From Botryllus schlosseri (taxonomy: Eukaryota), in assembly GCA_051294905.1 (NCBI GenBank), contig CM119372.1, positions 30,196,001-30,256,000 on the forward strand: 60,000 bases of DNA. Reading direction: 5' to 3'. Below are positions 37,901-49,011 of the stretch, one piece after another. Every line of letters begins with the position of its first letter. The stretch's first letter is position 1. Below the pieces are notes generated by a model that saw only the letters and a list, made by a program, of their open reading frames with translations, was not told the origin of the DNA and did not search any database. The translations under genes were made by a program, and so were the position numbers.

Positions 37901-40403
37901 GATATAAGTAATGTGGAATTTGGACAACGGATCCAATCTGTAGCTGTCACCTAGCTGGATATGGCCTCGGATTTCAAGCCCCAATGCGTGGCAGGATTTG
38001 AATTTTAAAATAGCGATGATAGATTGATAGCCACTGCTCTATGTGTTTGTAATTTTATTGCTGAAAAATTATATTTGGATTTGAATGAGGTAGTCACAAT
38101 ATTATTGAATTTTTCCAGCGGATCACGCAATTTAGATTTGCATGCTCTAGCGACGGCCTATTGATAACTAACGCCTCTTGAACCTCTTGAATATGCATTC
38201 GCAGGCCAAGCGGTTGGGACTCTGAAAAGAAGATAGGCATCATAAGCGACAATTTTGTGAAGTTATCGGCCGCGCAAGCCTACGACAGTGTTATCGTTCG
38301 ACCACCTTCTAGAAAAGTAAGTGAAACCGCAACAAGTACTTGCAGTTTCGGAGTAGGCTACTCAGAATTTATTTTTAATGTCTATGTGCTCAGATAGTGA
38401 TGCATTTGACTGAATTCTAACCCGTAGAAGTGGAGTTATTTGAGTTTTTCGTTGATAATTCTCGGAATATATATCCATGATTGGTGGATAATCCGGGAAT
38501 TATCAACGAAAAACTCAATAACTCCGCTTCTACTGGTTGGAATTCGAAGACAGCTCAACAATCTCATAGGGTTGACAGAAAAATTTTAATCTTTTTTTAA
38601 ATTTTTCCTGATAAATTAAAAATTTTAATTAGATCTGCGGAGTCCTATACTTGTTAGAATTGAACCAAATTTGGTGGGCAGCGTTTTTTAGGGTAACCCG
38701 ACAATTTAATCGGTGAATGGCTGGAATCCGGGAAAAAAAGTTATTTTTGAACAGCCCTACTGTATAGTGAATGATATCGAAGCACGATACTCAGTTCATA
38801 ATCGAATCACTCGTGTACTCAAATTTGCCCAGGCCTGCCTATCGTTTGCGATTTTTCGAAAAAAATCCTGCCGTGCATTGTCCCAATCTGCTTCTCCAAA
38901 CTACCCTCTCAAGTACTTCTCGGTTTTCGTTTGTACTTTTACTTGAAGTTGATGGCGGCTGCGTTTACTTTGACCTTTGACAACCTCCGAATTTTTTCGT
39001 TCTAGACGTTACAAGAGAAAGAAATAGCTGCGGAAGACGAACAAGCGTTCCTGGCGAGAGCTCTGGTGAGTTATGTCGAGTTACAGTTTTACGTTGTCGC
39101 ACTCTCCAATTTCTTCTCTCTCTCTCTCCCAGTCGTCTATGGGCAACATGCCGGTAGCCTCGAGCTCTCCGAGAATGTCGGTGCCCAACAGGCCTGCACT
39201 GGACATGGGAAGGGGTAAGGGCACCCCGGTAGGGCGGGCCACGGTCGGCGGGCTGGCGACGACAACGCCCGCAGGCAAGATGAAGACAGAGAAGCCGGCG
39301 GCCCAGTCCAGCGAGAGGGTGCTGGCCAACTTTTTCAATTCTCTACTTAATAAAAAGCCTTCGATGACTCCGCAGAAAGGTATGTCGAGTTTGAGCGTAT
39401 GTTTATTGCGTGACAAAAATGTAGTCATTTTGAGTGACACATTGGCAATTTGTGTTCGAATCAAAGAGTCTAGCCACAAACAGTAACCCTAACCTAATCT
39501 AACGACCAGCCTCAACTCCTAACCTAATCTGGCCCTAACCTAACTTGAATTATTTGTCACTCGTAAAGTAGGCTAATAGCAAAGTATCTATGTCTTTTTT
39601 TAGCACACCAAACCTCTTGTATGATTTAAATCGAATTCGAATATTGTTTACGTTACTCGTCAACAATTGACTTATAGTTAAATTGCATATTGTGGATGTG
39701 TAGGTGGGTATAGTGTATTGCATATATCAATCCGTTACAACTTTCTGATGTTTCTTGTCCTATTCTCTATTTTAGCTGATGATTATACACTTACAGACGT
39801 AGCATAGTTCTACAGACGTAGCAAGTTCTATGTATGCTTGAGAGATACAGCGCTTTTTTGCATGTATATTTACGAAAATAAATGGCTACTCAATCTGTGT
39901 CTCAATCAGATAGCTAAATGCGGTGACTGTTAATCATGGCTCGGACTTCGAACAAGGCAACTTGACTCGAATTTTGACTTGACTTGACTCGAGTCGAAAT
40001 TTGCAAAGGCTCAAGATGACTTGTGACTCAAAGGTTGTGGCTTGTACAGTTGTACCCAACACTGCCTGAACCTGAATTATTCGTCACTCGTATGACCATC
40101 ATGGGCATGTCATTCAAATAACATTTAATCTAACTTAACTGAAACTGTTTCTCACTCAAATGAATACCATTGCCATTTTTCTCTCAAACGAACTGTCATG
40201 CGAAATCTGTTAAACGATTGACACTGATCCGACCAGATTAATCTGTGCTATTCATTCCTTCTGTATAACTTTCGGGAGCAAATTGATCCACGTCCAATTA
40301 TATCCCATTTTATTTCACAGGCACGCCGGAACGGTCTGGCGATCAAGCGCGACCCCAAGCGAATTCGAAAAGCTCTCCTAGTAAATCGACCGAAGCATCG
40401 TGA
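25949..40403 (+). CDS. DYNC1LI: Cytoplasmic dynein 1 light intermediate chain, 11 coding exons, 455 aa
   Basis: join(25949-25977,26730-26809,26869-26985,31235-31465,32229-32407,33268-33361,34590-34725,38205-38316,39006-39065,39133-39379,40321-40403) = 1368 nt, all GT-AG and phase-consistent. Motifs [17 protein letters not shown] (P-loop), [62 protein letters not shown]. Confidence 0.95.
27606..28480. mobile_element. pogo/Tigger-type MITE in DYNC1LI intron 3
   Basis: TA|CCGTAATTTTCCATGTATA...TATACTTGGAAAATTACGG|TA; internal diverged tandem duplication of about 100 bp (28070-28290). Confidence 0.85.
28775..29886. mobile_element. Chapaev3-like (CMC) non-autonomous element
   Basis: TAA|CACTGGTCTACA...TGTAGACCAGTG|TAA: CACTG termini and 3-bp TWA duplication. 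Confidence 0.75.
31700..32050. mobile_element. Degenerate GACTC-array hAT MITE
   Basis: Left end CAGGGTTGTAATGACTCGAGTC, decayed right end. Confidence 0.7.
32560..33010. mobile_element. GACTC-array hAT MITE
   Basis: CAGGGCTGTTA...GGTTACAACCCTG; body matches 54772-55362; no clean TSD. Confidence 0.8.
35004..37749 (-). mobile_element. Second copy of the TAGGGCGATTT-family hAT element, left end lost, split by a Charlie insertion
   Basis: 35004-35432 matches 6560-6975 and 17850-17892; 37387-37749 matches 17885-18264; relic [21 protein letters not shown]. Confidence 0.8.
35433..37386. mobile_element. Charlie-type hAT non-autonomous element (1.95 kb)
   Basis: CAGTGGTTCTCAACC...GGTTGAGAACCACTG; perfect TSD GTCTACAT (35425-35432, 37387-37394); interior shares blocks with 42644-43613. 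Confidence 0.92.
38412..38759. repeat. DNA-transposon fragment with internal palindrome
   Basis: 38412-38545 is an imperfect hairpin with arms of about 55 bp; 38486-38759 resembles 36762-37063 and both end in TTTTTGAACAGCCCT. Confidence 0.6.
39566..40065. mobile_element. Left-truncated CAGTGTTGGGA-family MITE in DYNC1LI intron 10
   Basis: Matches about 44030-44615; right end CCCAACACTG. Confidence 0.75.
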
Positions 40404-42511
40404 TTGCATTACTTACGTTCCGAGACCTAATAGAAAATAATGATTGCGACACGCCTTTTCGGGATATATGCTCGCAATTCCCGCCGAGTGAACAAGGCAA
40501 ATTTTTCTTTCTCTATTGATGGTGCTCTTTGTTTGGAGTCGAAGTTACTCTTTCCGTTGCATAGACTTGTCTGCAATCTCCAACTGTCAGAGCCGACCGT
40601 AACATGCCGTCGTGTGACAATCGCTTTCTATGGGTAATTTTGAATTTATGCCGCCTAGTTTTGCCCGCAAATTTTGGATTTTGCTATCGTAACTACGCGA
40701 AGCGAGCGAATTAGTGATTTTGGACGTTTGATTCTAAATATTCGACAGGTACTTGAGAGATTTTGCTGGCTGCATTACGAGTTAGAGCCACGCAGTTTGA
40801 TTATGGGAAATTCCTGCCTTCTCGTGAAGGTGTTCTTGGTTCTCATATAGTGATGACATTTCATTTTGGAATATGTCTGGTAACGATAATGGTACGCGTA
40901 AACTATCTGGAAGAATCTTTGACGTAGGCAATTGCATAGCGTATTAATGTTCTTGTGCCGTGCCGGAATTATATTACGCCAACATTTTACTGTTTTGCAA
41001 ACATACTTCGATCACCGTCTTCTGATGTAAAGTGCTTACTTCCCGGATCTTGTTAATTTACGGCGTATTGCTCTCTGAATGTATTTCTCTAGGATTCTTG
41101 TGACCTTTTTCCTGTCATCTTTCTACATGATTTGATCCGGCCGGCAATTAGATCTCAAACTCTTGTCTTAGGGCCGCTTGTGTCAAAATTTGCCCTTTGT
41201 GCAAGTGAATATTTTGATCGTAAGAGACTTGGTAAAATTTCGCATTGTGAAACACAGTGCCGAAAACACTTGTCTGACCATAATTACGTTACACATGTAC
41301 GATTCCTTGCGACTTTGCCTTCCCGGGGCCGATTTTTGCTCATTTGTTGATCTAATTCTGCAGTTGGCAAATGCGTGCATACGCGAGAATATTTTGAGGA
41401 TTTGATGTGATGTGTTTTATTACAGTGCAAGTAGAAGCACTTAGTTGGTTTATCAGTGTAATTTCTCATCCTTACAAGCTGCTGACAACTCGCATGTTGA
41501 TTTGCATCGGGGTAAAATTACTAGTCGCTTACGCGATATAATTAATAGTCTGGCATTGAGCCAAGATTAGATACTCTTTCCGCAAGTACTTTCTTCAGAC
41601 ATCCGTACATTAATATTGTATCATGATAAAGTGCCATAAATTGCATTTCGCGCCGCTGCATGCAGGCCGGTAGGTCATGGCGAACGATACGGCGTCACAT
41701 GCGAACACCGATTTGTCGAGTGGTTCTCGCGTTTGGAGATAACCGCATTTATTTCAAATTTATTGGCTAGTTCCTGCTTTTTGAGAAGCTTATTTAATAA
41801 TTTGCGAGCCAAATAAATGACTAGTATTCGCGAAAATCATATGTCAACAACGTTACATAGTGGCATGGTGTACTTTCAAGACAATTGCAACTTCATGTCG
41901 TGTTCGATTGTTCGTGTTATGCAAATGCAATTAGGTAGTTTGCAATTGTTTTATCAATGCGTTCGCGTTGATGGAGTCACAACCCCGGTATCCGTAATTC
42001 AAACGTGTTACCTATCGAGAATTGATTATATAAATGTAACAGCAGTTGTGATCACCGAGTAGCTTCCGTTATTCATGCCTGATCGTAATCCATGACGCCG
42101 ATTCGTCGAAGGAATAGGCGTGCTTTGGTAACCGGATGGAAGTTGTCTGTTGTCCAGTCGCCGTACTAGAATAGCTTTAAGTGTTTTTTTTTTCTTTGCA
42201 CTTCTTATAGGACTGTCAACGTCCTTCGACGTTCATAATATAACCTTGTTTCGTGTGGTGTTCATCCGATCTGCTACTGCATTGATATTATACAATAAAA
42301 TATGACGAAAAGCCTTGGCCAACGGGGCTCGTTGGTATTTTGGGTTGGTTTTATGTGTTATCGGCAGTGATGAGCGTCCTTTGGACTGGATTTTATCCAG
42401 GCTGTGTAAAAATTGCAATATTAAACTGATAAATTAGCAAATGATATCCCCCTTTCCCCCAACCCTAGTATCCCCCCTCCCATAACCCTAATTTCCCCTA
42501 CAGTGGGTATG

Positions 42512-43646
42512 TCATCATCATTGGTTTATTAGCAATTTTTACAAGTTCAATACACCACAAAAATGCGATACAATGAAAAGACAGGAAGATGTCGAAGCGA
42601 CTTGGAGTAGTCTATGGAATCAGACACCCACCTTGGCCTAGGCCAGTGGTTCCCAACCTTTTTCACCTCATCGCCCCCTTTTGAAGGTCCACACCGATCA
42701 TCACCCCCCAAATATTGGGAACCTAAAAACAGGACTTCGTCAGCCCCCCAAAACGTTGGTCTTTGGCCCCGCAGGGTGATAAAGCCGGTGGGCTTTTTGT
42801 GGCTACATATCGGCTATACCCTACGTCATGCACTGTTTGGTGGTAATTACCGTATTTCGCCTAAACGCGTGAAGCGCAACAAATTTATATAATTCATGTT
42901 TGAATCGGTCAATATGATCAGGAATTGCATATATATTGCTATCAATTTTATATCCTCTTACTGCTCACATAATCAGATTTTCCGGTAGAGCTGAGTGTGC
43001 TGTGTGTTGGAAAAGGTAGGACCCCTAAATGATAATTAAACATCACAGCGGCGAAATCGTTGCTATATTGACTTCGTTACATGAAGCTCTTTCGTGACCT
43101 CCTATATCTGCTATGTCAGAAGATATGGAAATCGTCAAAACGTACCAAACTAAAAGATGCACATGATTTCAAATTGGTATTTCTGGCACACTTCTCGGAG
43201 TCGCAAGTTACACGGCCTCTAACTTCATATGTCTTGGTGTGTCCTGGCCCAGTAATGGCCGACGCCAAAGTCTCCCATTTCTATAAATCATTCGTATTTT
43301 TGTTGGGTGACGGGTACCCCAAAATCAAGATATACGTATGAAACTGTTAAATCGCGGCCAGCGCGAAAAATTTTTGAAAACTTGCATGAATTTCCAAAAA
43401 ATTACACCATAATTTATGTAAATTCACAAAATAATTTTGGGCCCTCGAGTTCGGGCCCCCCACCCCCAATTGGGAGGTTTGGGGTGCGACAGTTAAGGTC
43501 CCGACTCCAATAGAGCTATTTTAACGCGCCACCACCGCCCCCTCGTCCGTTTTCGCCCCCTCGTCCGTTTTCGCCCCCCTATACCGCCAAATCGCCCACG
43601 TTGGGAACCACTGGCCTAGGCGATGTAAAGAGGAGGCATGCACACT
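42512..43646 (-). mobile_element. LINE 3' tail interrupted by a Charlie MITE
   Basis: 42512-42643 and 43614-43646 are contiguous in the uninterrupted copies at 24220 and 58128. Confidence 0.85.
42644..43613. mobile_element. Charlie-type hAT MITE
   Basis: CAGTGGTTCCCAAC...GTTGGGAACCACTG; perfect palindromic TSD GCCTAGGC (42636-42643, 43614-43621). Confidence 0.92.
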
Positions 43647-43677
43647 TCTGCATAGTGTTTTCCTGGGTCCTAGCATT

Positions 43678-44615
43678 CAGTGTTGGGATGACTCGAGTCA
43701 TGACTTGACTCGAGTCACCTTTTTCGTATGACTTGACTTGACTCGAGTCACTTTGCTAAAATGACTTGACTTGACTTGACTCGGCGTATCAGAAATGTGG
43801 ATTGACTCGTGACTCGGATCAAAATTCACGAGTCAATTTCAAGTCATCAAGTAAAAATCACCTTATCTTGCATCATGTTCGGATTTTTCGCCAAACTTTT
43901 GTGTAACCCATGAGAGCGACCGATCATTAAATGATCGTGCGTTTTAACGAGCCCCCAATATTCTCTCACAAAGATATTGACCACAAACGAAGTGATCGAA
44001 GCTACAGCTTACGTTTTCGTAAACTATAGTAGTAAAGTAATTATATAGCCAAATATATATTTGTGTTCTCTGTTCTTACCTTAACCGAACCTCTTGTTTT
44101 ATTAAAATTGTAATCGAATATAGTTTATATATTCCTTAACCATTGGCGCAGACTCGAATTGTATCATATCAATATGTATAAATGGGTAATGTATTGCATC
44201 TTCTCAATTCGTTTCTCGATTCTCTATCTTGGCTGGTAACTAAACTGAGGCTGTGCAATTACTTACGTAGTTCAACAGTTCTACGTTTATGTGAGCGATA
44301 CAGCCCCGCTTATTGCATGTATATTAAACTCTATATTCGTTCATCGGTTCAGAATCAATGACCAATCAATCTGTTATTCAGGGACCTAGCGAAATGCAAT
44401 GACGTAATCATGCTTCATACTTATAAAAGGCAACTTGACTTGAATTTTGACTTGACTCGTGATTTGACTTGACTCGAGTCACCTCCAAAAATCGACTGAC
44501 TTGACTTGACTCGAGTCACCTTCGAAAATCGATTGACTTGACTTGACTCGAGTCAAAATGTGCAATGACTCGAAATGACTCGTGACTCGAAGGTAGTGAC
44601 TTGATCCCAACACTG
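43678..44615. mobile_element. hAT MITE (CAGTGTTGGGAT TIR, GACTC arrays)
   Basis: Perfect TSD CTAGCATT (43670-43677, 44616-44623). Confidence 0.92.
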
Positions 44616-44949
44616 CTAGCATTGAAGATTAGCATCATCAAGACGAACTTACGATCTACTAGTATGACTGAAGAAAGTCTGAAATTTCGTATGAAGCTTA
44701 ACCTCAATAATTATTATCAACCAGACTCCAAAGTCATCAGGAATTCCATGCAACACCAAAAGACGCATTAACTATAAAACCGTGCAAAAAGTAGTTTCAT
44801 ACTTTTACTGTCTGTTGGAATTTAAATCGTAATTGTCTTAAACTTCGATAAATATCATATGCCTCTCACTGCAATAAAATTAAAAATATATGACTTGCAA
44901 AAGATCTATGTAACTCAAGTTTGCATACTCATTACTCAAATAAAGGTGT

Positions 44950-45110
44950 GGCGAGATAGCGCAGTGGGTGCAACACCAATAGGTGCGGGTTCGAGTGCAA
45001 CCGAAGTCGACTTCGGAATTCCGATACCGAAGTGTTGGGGGTTTACCTAGGCTGCTCCTCGCCACCTCGTCGGTGTCTTACAAAAGCCTTGAGGTGGGCC
45101 GTGCTATAAG
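44950..45110 (+). mobile_element. Possible tRNA-derived SINE head
   Basis: Pol III-like A box TAGCGCAGTGG (44957-44967) and B box GGTTCGAGT (44988-44996); no complete cloverleaf. Confidence 0.4.
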
Positions 45111-45742
45111 TCAGCAGTTACGGAAAATAATGAAGAATATCGGCCTGGTGTAAATGACCAATGACTATAGTAGTCGACAAACACCATGATTACCACAAAC
45201 AAACATACTCAAATAAATGCATCCAGCATAGAGTTACCATATTTTGATGAAGCAAATTCCGGACACTCTTCAGCGCCCACTAGCAGAGAGTACAGTGAGG
45301 CGTAAATGCATTGTCAGTTATTATGGCGTCACACTAGAAAAGCTTCGCCTATCGAATGTATACAGGAGTTGAGAAGAACATAGGTTTTGAATTGGGCCAT
45401 CTCTAATATGAGCTCTGGTGATTGCTTTGGTCTGCAATAAATTCACGGGCTAGATGAAATCGTCTGTGGACCTTATCCAGTCCGCCGGTTGTGTGCTTGA
45501 CATCATCACTGTATACTGTTTGGTCGATGCAGTTATCTGGCTGTGTGTTGTAACCATGGTCCGAAACAACATTTTTTCAGTCCCCTTCCGCACAAATCTT
45601 GGGCCCAGCAACATAGGGTAATCGACGCAACTTCTTGCGGGCTTTACTATGTGCATCTGCTTGTTAAAATTTGTGAACGAATTCTGTTAATGATATTGGT
45701 TCTTCCATATATTACGATAAAATACAACAGTAGATTTGACAT

Positions 45743-45944
45743 CCGGTGATTTCCAACCTTTTATGGCCGCGAACTCATTTCCAATTTAAAAATGTTCCGA
45801 TGTTCAGTTCAAGAAATTATAGGCTGATAAATAAAATAAGTCAGCTGGCCCAGACTTATTCAAGGCCTATTTAGGAAGCGGATGACGTCCAACATCTTCT
45901 ATCCCCAGAATAAAAGGAAACGACCCCCAGGTTTAGAATAAGTG
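45743..45944. mobile_element. Old Charlie-like MITE of about 200 bp
   Basis: Diverged reverse-orientation homolog at about 8505-8708; ends resemble CAGTGGTTTCCAACC. Confidence 0.55.
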
Positions 45945-48900
45945 TCTTTGACTAAAGCCCCAAACGTCCTTGACCAACTCCAGGAACCTACCGTTATCTT
46001 ATAATTGCTAATACAATTACACTTATTTCAGTAAATGATGGTTATTTTATATTTATTTTCGATTGCATGTTTGCGAGGGCTGTGCGTGGTGACCATATTA
46101 ATAAATATTAATAATGTACGTTGTATTAAATCGCGCGCATTGCGTTGGCATAAATCTGCTTGAAAATAATATTATTCATGCTGATTTACGAAAAAAATTT
46201 GAGCCTACATCAAACCTTCAAAATTCCGGACATTTAGGCATATTTTAGAATTTCCTCCCGGACGCAGTTTTACGGTGAAATTCCGGACATGTCCGGACGT
46301 ATGGCAACCCGGTCCAGCATGGTTAGTACGAGTGCGCTACCACGTCCCGATTTTTCAATTGTGACGTAATAGATAACTGATTTGTCTGGCTCTTTGAGTT
46401 CAAATGGAGAATATAGGGTCAATATGGCTCTTCGGACGAAAAAGGTTCCCGACCATGTTGGTGTCTGATTTCGAACACTACTTCAAATCGTTTCGACGCC
46501 TTCTTCTCATTCTATCGCAGTCTTGTGGTGGATGATCGATGGGTGATTGGAACACATCTTGAACCCGCTTATTTCATCATCTACATAGAATCATACACGT
46601 ACGTCGTACACAACACGTCCCACAAGTCTTCATTGCAATATATATTTTTGAATGGTGCAACGTAATACTGACAAACACTCGCTCACTCACTCACAACGGT
46701 GCACTTGACATCCGACACTGAAACAGAAAAACCATTCGCAGCAAGAAAGAATCGACGAGGATCGATCATGGAACCATGCACAGAACAACTCGTGTACGAC
46801 TGTACGTACACTGTACAAGGTCAGAATGTTCGGTTCGCATTCCTGGCATAGCCAGAATACCAATTTGCTGCGGAATAAATTCTTAATAACGTGGCGTAGT
46901 AGCAAGCTACCATATGACATCACAATATGAAAAGCCAAATGTTACCATCACAAAAGCGCCTTCCTTGATTCTGCGGCCACAAATCCTGGACAAATAAACA
47001 TATCTTTTGATCCAAGCCACAAGGAAGTAATCACAATATATGTCTATGGTCGACACAGGGCTTGAGAAATTCATTCCCGTAATTTCAAGCATCTGTGACG
47101 AGGGATGTCTTCGTCATTATTGCAATTGGTTATAGATACGTAAATAAGTAAATGGTGTTGCAAGGGACGACGAACAGACAAACCCCACTGGATCAAAGAT
47201 TTCGAATCCACACACTGCGATGCTTCGACAAATGACATAGCTAATATTCACCTTGGTCTACGCATAATTAGTTGGCACGCACAGTAAACCGCTGCACAAA
47301 GATAACTATAGGGAAGAATTCGGGGGGATTATTCCAGATGGTGAACATTGGATACTAAATAACGATTTGTAACCGAATCAATTGGCAAACATTTATGGCC
47401 TAAGGTAGATTCAAGCACCTAAGATTTTATCTTAACCTAGTCACACAACTGCGGACTTCAACTCCATCATTTCATCTAAGAGAGAACATTTGAAATGGAT
47501 ATGATTTTTCGATTGCAATTTGACAAATAAAGGTTAGCGTCTGTACTACAACGACGCAAACACCCGAAAAGGAAGAGTTTTTACGGTAGGCCTACCAATA
47601 TGGATTGTTGCCGCATATCAACAAAAACAGATTACCCGGTCAAATACATTGTTGAAGAATGCAAACTCACGGGCCACTGACAAAACTAACAGTCGCCGAC
47701 AATCTCCAGCCTACCAGCGATAACGTACAATTAAGATCAAGACGGATATACAATTTTTTTTCTTAATATTAGGTAATAAAACATTTGACATTAGACCGGC
47801 TAAGGTAGCTCAAGACGTCGAGGCCATTGCATGTAGACGTGGTCACGTCGTTATCTATATTGTTCGCTACTGTATCCATAGGATAGCGTTATTGATAGGA
47901 CAGATCTCAGGGTGGTAGACCAAAATTACTTTAAATCAAACTCCTAAAATCTTCCCTCACTTTCCAGCGAAGCTGCTAGACTCCTCGGTCAAGCAATAAA
48001 TCGTGATCCGAAGACCACGACTTGGCCCCAATGCGATTTTGAAGAGTACAATAAGCGTCAAGTGGGAACAAATGCTGGACTATTATAAAATCAAGAATAT
48101 TTTTTTATTCGGAACCGTATGTTGATTTATCGGAAGTGATAGTCCTTGTCTACTTCATGACATGGGTTGCACAACAGAGTTGAGAACCTTTAATAGATTT
48201 CGAGATGACTCGCTTCACACTAATCGTTTTGTTTGAGAAGCTTTTAAATCACAAGCAGGGACCTAAATAATATCAAGGCATCCTCTGTATGTTGCTCTAG
48301 AACTGACGCCATCCAACAGAATCCCTTGTATATTTTTAGTGCTGTGCTTGTATACCCATGCATTCGATTCACAAGAATTATGGTGGAGTAGAGGGCAGTT
48401 GGACCAGTTCAACTCAATATGAGCAATGAGCATACAACTGCAAATCGGGAGTGCTCAAAATACCATGCCACATTCCTATGCCAGGTCCTCTCAGGCACAC
48501 TCAACTAGTGCTCCAAACCTCCTTATAGTTGTAAATTTGATTTTTCCGTGCCATCGGAACATTACGGGGCACAAATGAATTCTGTAGCAATTTCGAATAA
48601 GTTACCATTACAACTTTGACCAGTATCAGCTTGTGATTAAACCAATTCAGGATACACAACTTTGTACTACCGGCACTATTAGTGAAAGGCACACAATTGA
48701 GGTAATAAACCGAGTTTGGGGGGTGGGCTTTCAAGCAAATGCCGGACTGTGACGTAAAACCGTCATTTAGCACTGTCCGAAGCACTATTGCAAAATAAAT
48801 GGTTGACCTCATCAGGTCGTAGAATGTTGTGACAGGCATGTCGCGCCATTACACCGTAATAAAGGAAACAAAAAGCATCATCATCGAACAATAAACACTA

Positions 48901-49011
48901 ATAGTCTTATTTCCACCACCAATCCTTTGCATCTACGCTGACAGTAAGCCGACACGCGGACCGATGTGCAGCTACCTATTCCCGTTTCTTGGGAGAAAGT
49001 TCATGGCGGTA

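Noticed and set aside
44950..45020. Possible tRNA gene
   Set aside because: A and B boxes present but no convincing acceptor stem or anticodon arm.
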